A DNA stretch of 64,000 nucleotides from Azolla caroliniana (Eukaryota; Plantae; Polypodiophyta): contig JBHGNT010000005.1 of the NCBI GenBank assembly GCA_043228905.1, positions 15,128,001 to 15,192,000 on the forward strand, given 5' to 3'. The notes under the pieces are model-generated. The model searched no databases and had not been told where the DNA came from. It was given only the letters and a program-made list of their open reading frames with translations. Position 1 is the stretch's first letter, and each line of letters opens with the position of its first letter. The position numbers and the translations under genes are program-made. Positions 26,154 to 36,483 of this stretch are shown here, one piece after another.

Positions 26154-28934
26154 TTACGGAGAATCACTACTATAACTAATATACAATGACGATTCCTCCT
26201 CATCATCCTCGGTTGTACCAATCAGTGCATTATCTTCGTCATAAACCAAATGGTTTGACTCTAGATTATATGTAGCAGATCTCGTTTGCCTTTGACTCGA
26301 GCCACCTTGTAGACCTGGTAATTTTTCTTTTATTATATCTATTGTTGACTTCCTTAATCGTCCGGCTTTTGTAAGTGTGAAGTCGTACACGATGATATCC
26401 ACATCAGATATATCAAGGGTCGAGGTGTTATGAATGTTTCGCTTCCTCTTCCTACCTCCCCTTCTTGTTTGGCATTCAATCATCTCCAATGTATACTTAC
26501 CTGTAAAAGCATTTGCACTTCTAGTGTTGTACCAATGAACATTTATAGACTTGATCGTGTTTTCTATTTCATGCATTAGCACTTCTAGAATTTTACCAAC
26601 CCAAAATTGGTGGCCATGTGAGTTCTCATCAGCCGGCATTGCAATCAACATCCCCGCGGTGAGCTCTTGCAAATTTCCTTGCCATCTAGCTTCGACTGCT
26701 TTGGTCATCCTTGGTCCCACATAAATGTCTCTTTGTTGTGGATGGACCAAGCTGTCATTAATCACATTTACTAGTTGCTCCGGACTTCTATTTACGTGAT
26801 CATGTTGCAACGACCATGTGAATGGTGTTTCCAAATTCCAATTATCAACAGATACACAATTGTCTATAATTTCTTTCTGATCACTATAAAATACATCCCA
26901 CCATGACGTGTCTTGTTGTGCGGCATATTTCTTGGCGGCCTCAATATGCTTTCTTTTTTCTTCTAAGGCTTGGAGCCATGACCGTTTTTGTTCTGATACC
27001 AAGTCGCTCTGCAACTGTCCTTTCTTCTCAATTGGCATTTGCTTAGCTCCATGGACAATTGTACTCGGCATACAAAGTAATAACTGGCAACCACCTTCAG
27101 GTTCCCATGTTGTAGAAGATGAATATTGTTTGGCATACAAAAGTGTAGAACCACTTATTCCATTTTTCTTTATCAAAAAAATGTGATTGAAACTTATATT
27201 GTTTAACTGAGCAAGCACTTTAACATTCCCACCACCCCCATCTAATATATATCTCTTAAAGTCATATACCTCCTTCAAGTGTAACACTTTTGGGCGTGGT
27301 GTATAAGCATCACAAATGACATCAAATAGTTTAGGTAAAGTGAAAGCATCATGCCGAGACAACTGTCTGGAGAATGTGCTAAACATCTGATCTATATGGT
27401 CATGTGTGTGGCCAACCAAAAGGAAATTGACTTTCACTTTCCTAAACAATTCTAGGTTGACCAACATACTTAGATAGCCAAATACAGTTGAATTTTTGTT
27501 CTCTCTAGTAGTATTGTCCAATTGAATGTATAGAACAGGGGGGAAAGGTTGTCCCCAAGACATCAAAACTCGGTGAATCATTGTAACTGTTAGGTTAGGG
27601 TCATTGTGAACATTGGGGTAAGTAATGAAGACGTGAGGTCGAACAAACCTATTATAAGCCAAGCATCCCACCAAGTGCATTTGAACAAGGCACTCATCAT
27701 TGACATCTTTGGGGAGCCTCCACATATGCGGCAAGCATGTCTTCTTCTGGTCCATGCCATCTATCATTAAGCACATGTATTGTTTGGGCCTCTTCAAACA
27801 CTTCTCTCTATGATGCATCGCCTTCCTTCGTTCTAAGAATTGTGCCTCACGATGCTCTTGTAGTAACTTCTTACTCGTATCCTTTTCCATTGATGTCTTT
27901 GCACCTTTAGCCAAACTTTTAAGATTTGCACAAATGGAGCAATACCCCATACGTACTTTACGAGGAATAATAACATTTGAAAACTGAGCTCTCCATAATC
28001 TTGTGAATTGGCTATATGTGATCGACTTATTACGTGAGCCCAGCATATCAGATCGATAGACATCATAAACTTCCCGACGTGTATAATTATCAGAAAGATG
28101 CATCCTACCTGTAGTGGGCATTACTTCACAATTTAACTGAAAGTAAGTTTTCATCCAGCCAATAGCTAGTCTTCCAATTGCACCTTTCATACTTGGAACC
28201 TCTTTACAATTGAGCATCTGATCCCCGCTAAGTAGACGTTGTTGTACTCTATGTAGCCGCATGTTACTAGCACATAACGCAATTTTGAATGCAACTCTAC
28301 ATATCTGTTGCGCATGGAAGATATAATACTCGAATGATACTTTGATCCCCGTACATTTGTCAGATACTAGTTGCATATGTGACCCGAGGTAAGTGTCTTG
28401 CTCATCACCGGTCATCGAAAAATAGTATCGCCTTAATTCTCGCAACTTTGATTTTCCAATCATAGACATACAACCACGGGCACAACATATTTTGTTGACA
28501 TCAAATCCAATCTGTTTATCTGATGTCACCAAGCTAAATCTAGCTAGACGAATTCTTCGTGGGATTCTTCTAATATGCATAGGGCTCCCAGATTTCTCTT
28601 CCTACATAGAGGTTGGTGTAACATTGTTACAGTCTAATTCTTTGTTGTGACCATCGCCAATGTTATTCAATGTTTCCTGGGCACTTCCTTCATTCTCGGT
28701 ATCTTTATTAATATCGTATTCTTCAATAGAGAACTCTTCACATGTGTCATTATGTACATTCCCTGTAGATGAGCTCAGACAATATTCTTCGATAGAATAT
28801 GGTGAGTCGGTCGACAGACAATATTCTTCAATCGAATATGGTGACTCTGATGACAAACAATACTCTTCAGTAGAAAACGATGGGTCTGATGACAAACAAT
28901 ATTCTTCAATCGAGAACGGTGAATCTTCACTCAT
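26154..28934 (-). CDS. Sola-like DDD transposase (808-aa ORF 26154-28580, with an in-frame N-terminal extension to 28934 across one TAG)
   Basis: Motifs CSIC..H, CLMIDGMDQKK, IQLDNTTRENKN and FLLVGHTHDHIDQMFS give three candidate catalytic Asp in a Sola1/DUF7869-like pattern. ORF 28602-28934 is in frame, separated by a TAG and 21 nt (EEKSGSP). The 4-bp TSD fits Sola. Confidence 0.8.
28770..28930 (-). repeat. Four 39-bp (13-aa) repeats S(S/T)DSP(F/Y)SIEEYCL in the transposase N-terminal extension
   Basis: Visible directly in the translation of ORF 28602-28934. Confidence 0.85.
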
Positions 28935-29634
28935 GGCTTAAGGTCTAGATAGGGCTCTCTAAGTTATGGGCTTAGGGGAAAGAAAAAAACTAATAAGCTC
29001 CTCTCTAAACATATACTCCTCCCTAAACATAAACTTCTCTTTAAACAAAAGCCAAATCAATAGAATGTCTATATTATGTAATATTCTATTAATACAATAC
29101 ATCAAAAAATTATTTTTAATAAAGTAATTGTACTTAAAATATCAATTATTATATAAACTAGATCTATATAAAGTTAAATCAAGTAAAATATAAAACTAAT
29201 CATTAACAAGCCATGAATATGTTGGATTAATGTTAAAATCATTGGCTAATTAATGGCACCCATTTTGATATAGAACGTCTCACTCATTGGTTCTTTAATG
29301 CTCACCATTTTAAATATTAGACTTATCAATCATTGGTTAATTTATGCCCACATCTTTAATACACAACATTTGAGAGTCATAAAAATTGTTGGTTTTAGTA
29401 ATCAATCATTGGTACATTCATGAACCTCTATCATTGTCTCATTCATAACCTTTGAAGTCATTGTAGGTTGTTATGACTATAAAAGATTGATCAATATGGT
29501 AGTTTGACTTTGTAATCATTAATACAATCATAAGTTTCTCTAGTTAATGTGACTATGGTTACCAACTAACTATCCTCAAAGTTACCAACCTTGGTTAAGG
29601 TGACTATGGTTACTTTAACCAATGTGTTCAATCC

Positions 29635-29643
29635 CTATAAATA
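29635..29643 (+). promoter_or_regulatory. Putative TATA box (ctataaata) of the methyltransferase gene
   Basis: About 120 bp upstream of the ATG at 29760, followed by a 5'UTR-like agagcacac-repeat leader. Confidence 0.5.
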
Positions 29644-29759
29644 GGAAGACCTCGTCATATTTCACTCACCAGAGCGTACAGAGCACACAGAATGTAGAGA
29701 GCACACAGAGCACAAAGCACGAAAGCGCGATCTCCGCCTCCACTTCCACACGATCAAAC

Positions 29760-32700
29760 ATGTCTTCAAAGAGAATCGAGCGCGAGGACTCCAGGTAGAC
29801 CTCTGACACTGTGGACATTTTTGTAAATATGTTTCGTTTCTCAAGAACTCGATACGCCGTATCGAGTTCATGTATACAATACAAATATTTATACATGAAC
29901 TCGATACGGTGTATCGAGTTCATAATTTAATTTTGCTTTTTATACAGGAACTCGATACGCCGTATCGAGTTCGTGTTTAAAGTGTAGGTTTTAAACACGA
30001 ACTCGATACGGCGTATCGAGTTCGTGCGTATCGAGTTCATGTTTAAAACCTACACTTTAAACACGAACTCGATACGGCGTATCGAGTTCCTGTTTAATGT
30101 TTGAATTTTAAACAGGAACTTGATACGCCGTATCGAGTTCCTGTTTAAAGTTTAGGTTTTAAATACGAACTCGATACGCCGTATCGAGTTCCTGTTTAAA
30201 GTGTAGGTTTTAAACAGGAACTCGATACGCCGTATCGAGTTCCTGTATATAAGAAGGCTTTGAGAGAGAAAATTTGTATTTTTGGGGTAACAAATAATTT
30301 TGGGATGGAAAAGTTATCAAATTGTCTGGCAAAATCAGTCTTTTTATGTTGGCTTTCCTTACTTTTAAAAAAAAACATGCTCTAATTATAGGTGTTTTAT
30401 GACCTACTTTAGCTTAAAATAGTAGAAAATGATCCACAAATTGCCTTTACGATAGCAAATTCTCGTCAATATAGGTTTGGAATCTATATAAGTCATACCT
30501 ACTATTTAAAAGAATATATAACCCTTTTTACTTATTACGATATATATTTTCTAGGTTGAATAGCCCTGCCTATAATAGATTTTTGAATATAGGACTGCTC
30601 CTGGGAACTGTTCTTCATGTTAATATACAACCTTAATCTACGTGACTACCTAACTTATGTTTTTGCATATACTTTCTTAAATAGGTCGTTTGAAAACCTG
30701 TCGGACCGACCGGTGAAGAAAATAAAGCTTCGCATACAAGGTTCTCCAATCGAAGCCCAGACCAAGGTAGCTCCTGAGACCATGAAGAGAGGAAAAAAGC
30801 TTCTCTTTAACGAAGAGACAAAATCTCAGCCACATAGTGATGTTAGCCAAAAGAAACTTGTCGCCACTATTGGAGGTGAAGACCTTCCTGACCGAGATCT
30901 AACGAACAAGGAATGGTGTAAGCAATATGTCGACTCAAAGAGAAAAGTCGTATTGTATACAGCAAAGAAGAAGGGTGAGGGGCAACTTGGAAAGGAAACC
31001 CCATTTATGTATGGCCGTATTCTACGATTTGACTACGAAGATGCAGATTCGGCCAACATACTGGTAATGATAGAGTGCTCCAAGGGGGGTACGTAAAGTG
31101 TTCCTTTCAGAAGACCTTTTAGTAAAAGAATCTTGTGGGCCAGAAGTGTTCAAAAAAGCACTTGATAGCTCACAAAACCTTATTGTTACCTTGAGGCCTT
31201 ATATACAAGGCCATGTAACTCTAAGAAATGAAGTGCCCTCCCCATTGAAGCCAACAAAAAAGGTTTCCAAAGTCCAGTCAAGACCAGCAAAGAAGAAGAC
31301 AACGAAAATGTCAGATACGGATTCAACAAGTGAAAACGAAGAGGAGGATAATAAGGGGACGCCAGGAGCTGAGCTGGCCTCGGGTGTTTTGTCATCCGAG
31401 CAGAATAAAATAAGGAGAGAGTTAATGCAACGGAAGCTGGTCAGGAAAGGGCAAGTATTTAATTTACCTATAACACACATCCATCGGCCCCCTATTGATG
31501 AAAAAACAGGTTGAAGACCACTTGAGATTAGAGACCCTCACCGCATGCATGTTCAAAATCTCAAGAAAAAAATGAAAATTAATCCTCATGCCACTGTGGT
31601 GCCTTTTATTGTTATGGTAGATCCTGAAGAATGTGAAACCATTGAAGATTTTGATATTAGAAAACATGATCAATATAATTATTTTGTCATTGGTGGATCG
31701 CATTCAGCAGAGGCACGTCGGCAACTTGTGAGAGAACAACCAACAACTTTCTTCTTCAAGTATGCCGAGTGCAAAATTTATGTTGGGCTCACAACCGAAG
31801 AGGCTAAGCTGTTGGCATGGGACCATAATAATGATAATGACTATAGGCAGAAAATGTCGTCCATTGAGCGTATACGGTTCTTCCACCACGAGTATTTAGA
31901 TGTGAAACAAAAGTTTGGTGTGAAGTTACATCCAGGCCTTCGACGTCAATGTCTGCATGAAGTCGGCATTGTGGTAGATGATAATGTTAGGTCCGATGGT
32001 CTTCGAAAGTATGAGTCTTGGTTTCAATTGGCGTTTAGAGATGGAGAAGTATGGGACCTACAAGATCAAATCTTCTCAATGTGGGAGAATAAGGAGGTAA
32101 AGGGTCAACGACAAAAGAAATGTAGGGTTGACCCTCAACTAGAGTTAAAGTCACAAGCCGCCAAGAAAATTGACTTGACAATTGAAGAAGCGGTAGATGA
32201 CATGAAGCTGTCTCTATGGAGAGCGATGCAAGGTATTAAGGACGAGCAGCTTCTTGTGTCAGTTTTGTCAAGGGTTGTGGCGAAAGATTTAAGCCTTGAA
32301 GAAATGGTCACTGAGTTCAATAAGTAAGTCCCTCAAATACTGAAATTGTAGTCTATCTAGTGTAATTCAAAGTTCTAATCTTGATTTCTAATTTTACAGT
32401 CATAAGGTGTACATGAAGATCCAAGAAGTTATGATGAAACAACTTGGATGTATAACTTGGGAACAAGTGACCGAGGATTATCCTCTAACGTCTTTGTATA
32501 AGGCGTTATCAGAGTATTTTATTGCATTCAAGGATTGGGTTAGTATTCATGTTTTTTCATTACCCTTTCATCATATGTAGAGCTTGTATAATAATACCTG
32601 ATGTCCTATTGCTTCTATTAGAAACCGTGTCGAGGCAAGAAACAAGGAGAAGTTAAGGATATACACGATTTCCCTACATCCTTCCTTGCACATCTCGAAC

Positions 32701-33911
32701 GAGCCAGAAAAGAAAAGGATCGTCGCTTAGTCAAGGCGTACGAAATGGAGGAAGATGGCTCCTTTAAAAAATTTAGCCACAAAAAAGATATTACAAGAGA
32801 TCTTTACTACAATGTGGTTTGCGGTGATGTCATCGACTTGATCCAGAAGGTGCCAAAGAAGGAATATACGCTAATGATTGCGGATATTCCTTACGGATTT
32901 CGAATGGCTGGGTCATCATACGACGATGAACCGTTTAGGTTTAAACAATTGGAGAAGATGGTCAAGGATTTCGCTGAGCTAACGACCGCATCCTTGTGGC
33001 GAATAGTTGTCTTTCATAGTATGGACCAAGGGTACTCGGTAGCTCAAGCTTTGAGATCTCGTTGCCATGGCATCGAGAACCTTGCATGGTAAGGATTATT
33101 TATAGGTGTCTTTCACTATATTGCATTTCTTAAGGTTGTTGAATCTATTCTTAACTCGATGTATTATTTTTTATAGGATCAAGACCAATGTAAATAGAGG
33201 GCCAACTTTTCGGTTCGTTAATGCCATTGAATACATAATGGTTGGTTACTTCGATGAAATTAAGAAACAGAGAATCAAAGAGCATTCTAATGAAGTGGGA
33301 GGTTCAAATCTGTTGGTATATCCAGCAGTGACTCGGAAATTGCGACATGTCACCACGACAGAACGGGGACTTGTCAACCCATACCAAAAACCTCAACGAC
33401 TTATGATGCGCTTGATCGAGATGTTTTCTGTCGAAGGAGACTGGATATTAGATCTCTTTTCTGGCACAGGTATTCCTCGAACTAGGGTAACGATCTTGAG
33501 ATAACCAATCACTTTTTTTTCGTTTGACAACTAAATCTTCTTGTTACTTACATCACAGGAACTACGTCAGCATGTGCATTGAAGCTGTTTAGAAATACAG
33601 TTGCATTGGAGAAGGACGAGGACCAAGTTATATTTATTAATATGCGGATTAAGGCTTTGTGGGAGTGCCCAGACCAGGATGAGGAGGTCGGTGCAAAGAA
33701 CCTCGCCAATACAGAAAGCTTTCAACCTGCTTCGCGAGAGCCTATTCCTCCGTTAGCCGGCGAACCGGGGGAGCTAATAGAGCTTGATGATGAGCTTATA
33801 GAAGATATTTCGTTGGCTCGGCTAACAGGGGAAACCAATGCACGTATAGCCGAAGACAGTTCTACACAAGATGATGAAGAAAATGACGTTGATGAATTGA
33901 TTGCTATGTAA
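29760..33911 (+). pseudogene. Six-exon gene for a ParB/Srx-like domain fused to a beta-class N6-adenine/N4-cytosine DNA methyltransferase (~974 aa reconstructed; one frameshift and one nonsense codon)
   Basis: Exons 29760-29794, 30685-32323, 32400-32538, 32622-33088, 33177-33469 and 33559-33911; all introns GT-AG and phase-compatible. MTase motifs in beta order: GDVIDLI, IADIPYG (motif IV), W-I-K..EYI, NPYQKPQRLMMRLIEMFS, ILDLFSGTGTT..ALKLFRNTVALEKD (motif I-II). ParB-like IRDPHRMHVQNL..VPFIVMV..YFVIGGSHSAEARRQL. One extra G in the run at 31084-31089 and a TGA at 31512-31514. Confidence 0.85.
29845..30242. repeat. Array of eight 25-bp palindromes GAACTCGATAC-(GCC/GGC)-GTATCGAGTTC, 51-52-bp period, in intron 1 of the methyltransferase gene
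   Basis: Units start at 29845, 29897, 29948, 29999, 30065, 30116, 30167 and 30218, plus a half-site at ~30027-30038. Spacers are 26-27 bp and AT-rich. Confidence 0.95.
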
Positions 33912-34923
33912 TAGACTCTATGAAGAATATGACACTGACGATTTGTTAAGATTTTACATTATTAATACAAATATTGGGTTTTACCTAGTGGATTCTATTC
34001 TTTATAATCTTCTATATGTTTCAATTTTATTTTTATATACTTGATTAGTAGATTTATGACATTGGTTTCACCGCGTGCATAGCTGGCTACCAAACTTATG
34101 GAGAAACATGAACTAGTTTAAATGGAGGCTGATTTTGGTCCAAGCTAACCTTAACAGAACATGGCCCTATAATTGTTGCCATGACTGTCCATGTTGTTAT
34201 TATGGATCTTTGTCTTCTATTGTTAAAACTATTATGTTTCTATTCCATTGCTGCTTAGATTCTGTAGTGTGTTGATAATGGTTCCAGTTGCGTTATCGTT
34301 CGGAGTTTGATCTTGTGTGAATCACCTAAGCAATAGAGTAGACCAATTTTAAATACATGTATGAAAGCCTAATAGGTTTGTTATTTCCACGACATTATCC
34401 TAAAGTTCACTGCCTTACATTGTGCACAATTATATACACATATGGTTTGATCTCATATGAACAAACTGAGGAATAGATTAGATCAACTTTAAATACAAGT
34501 ATTGAATACTTTAATAAGTTAGTTATTCCAATCACTTATCCTAATGTGCACTATCCTACGTTTTCCACAATTACATACATGCACGTATGGGTCAAAGTAT
34601 AAATTATATCTCATTTTATTAGTATGGATACATGTACACCTCATATTTTTGTAAAACTTACCTAATTAATATAAGTCTTTAAGTTAGTGTTTCCCTTGTC
34701 GCACAGTAGTGCCATATTGAGCCATAGTTGAACTTTATTATGCCTACATTAACTTATCAACATGTCTAAACTTGCATGATTTCTAATGATCTCCACTCGT
34801 AGATCTATCATGTATTTTTATATTTGGAAATTCTCATCAAGTTGAGGAACATGTGATACTAGTGCATCCAATTTTTGTAGAGAGGGTGTATTTGCTTCGT
34901 TTTAAGAAGATTCTACAAGTGGA

Positions 34924-34959
34924 ATGCGCAATCCTTCCACTTGTGAACGCGAACGTGTT
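34924..34959 (-). repeat. Right terminal inverted repeat (36 bp)
   Basis: atgcgcaatccttccacttgtgaacgcgaacgtgtt, followed by the TSD tgag. Confidence 0.95.
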
Positions 34960-35061
34960 TGAGACTTTTAAGGAAGTTCAACAGGAATAACAATACAATA
35001 GTCTTCTTGAGCTTAAATGGTGTAATTGTCTTCTCTCTGTTTCTTGTCTCAGAGACTAACA

Positions 35062-36483
35062 ATATACCATTTTATCCTTCATAACTCTTGCTTGCTAAAT
35101 CCATTACAAGATCTGTACACGCTTCCATATCAGTCTGCCAACTCCATACACAACAACTGACCAAGACACTCTAAGTGTCAATAGTTACACTTTCACTAGA
35201 ACATATCTATAGATCCATGAAGTTATCACTAGATCCATGAAAGTTATACCTGTGTCTATAATAAGCTTCCACATACATAAACTTTTACATGGTATCAGAG
35301 CGCGAGGGTTGAGAATCCTCTACAGCCAACAAGCACTTTCCGACACATACAAGCTTTTGATCTCGGGACAAAGACTCACAGGAACATGGACAAAGGTATG
35401 GGCAGCTCACTTCCGACAGAAAAGTTCGATAGGAGCAACTACACATCTTGGTCATACAAGATGCACTAGTACCTGCTCGGACACGAGTATTGGAGCTATG
35501 TCGAAGGAACAAACGAGGTACCACCAGATCCGACACATAGAGATTTCCCAACTTGGGAGCAAACAACAAGTCGAGTCTTGTACTGCTTTGCCTCCTATGT
35601 CCATGACCAGATGCTCGGGTACATAAACGATGTAAAGTTGCCAAAGGATGTTTGAGGGAACCTGAAGAGGGTCTTCGCAACGAGCCCCACAAGTTGTAAG
35701 TTGCAACTCAGGCAAGAACTGAACAACGTCCGACAAGGAGGTATGTCGATCACTGACTATACCACGAAGATCAACGTGACCTATGACTCACTCGGCTCAC
35801 TCGACATGACAGTCGATGAAGATGATATGGTGCAGATCTGTCATGGAGGTTTAGCTCAGAAGTACAGGCTGATTCAGATGGCCATCTGCACGAGGGAGAA
35901 ACCACCATCATTTTTCAACTTGCATCTAATGCTCCCAATACAGGAGAACCACACAGGTGTGTCGACAAGCATGCACGTTGACAACAAGATGTTGTACATG
36001 AAGGCAAAGAGGCCATGTGGTTGTGGTGGACATGGTGGATTGGCACATGATGGAGGCGGCCGACAAGAGCAAAACTAGAGGCATAGAGGAAGTGTCGACG
36101 GCAATGGACCCTCCACGAGTAGGGGGAGCCAAGGTGGTGCCAAGGGCGGGCAAGGAAAAGCCACCGATTGTTGGTATTGTGGTCAAAAGGGCCACAAAGA
36201 GAGCAAGTGTTGGAAGAAGAAATCAGATTCAGACAAAGCCGAATCAAATCATGTCAATGGAGAAAGACGGAAACAATCGCACTACGTTGAAGGCTCAAGT
36301 GGAGCCAAAACGGGTCCAACCTTCGTCATGAATCACAAGGCCAATTCGATGAAGATGAGCACCACAGAAACAAACAAGGTGTGGTATGTGGATTCCGGAG
36401 CTTCGAATCACATGATGAACCACAAGGAGTGGTTCTCAACTCTAAAGAAGCTGGAACATCTGGGGGTCGTCAAAACCGGGGGT
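35062..36483 (+). mobile_element. Truncated copia: LTR end at 35289, iMet PBS, gag and protease
   Basis: ...cttttaca tggtatcagagc at 35290, gag fragments 35386-36078, protease WYVDSGASNHM (36328-36480). Confidence 0.85.

Larger units (their letters stand above)
25796..34959. mobile_element. 9.16-kb TIR DNA transposon (Sola-like) carrying a ParB-like/DNA amino-methyltransferase cargo gene
   Basis: 36-bp TIRs aacacgttcgcgttcacaagtggaaggat(c/t)gcgcat at 25796-25831 and 34924-34959 (one mismatch). 4-bp TSD TGAG at 25792-25795 and 34960-34963. Contains a DDD transposase ORF. Confidence 0.92.
24630..35061 (+). mobile_element. Heavily deleted copia remnant whose 3' LTR (25687-25795 plus 34964-35061) was split by the DNA transposon
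   Basis: RT/RNaseH remnants SLMYAMVATRPDVAY (~25140) and KHIEVRYH (~25220). PPT gggggagtt precedes tgttgg at 25687, and the LTR tentatively ends ...ctaaca at 35061. Confidence 0.6.

Noticed and set aside
29845-30242. CRISPR array (palindromic repeats with constant-length spacers)
   Set aside because: Spacers are related to each other (one is the reverse complement of another), repeats switch orientation, there are no cas genes, and the context is a eukaryotic intron.
31089-31110. A GT..AG micro-intron explaining the frame change in the methyltransferase gene
   Set aside because: About 22 nt is too short for a plant intron. Removing one G from the run gives a continuous KGVRKVFLSED.
25796-34959. 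Bacterial contamination or a restriction-modification locus
   Set aside because: Spliceosomal introns, TIRs with a TSD inside a plant LTR, and no endonuclease partner gene.
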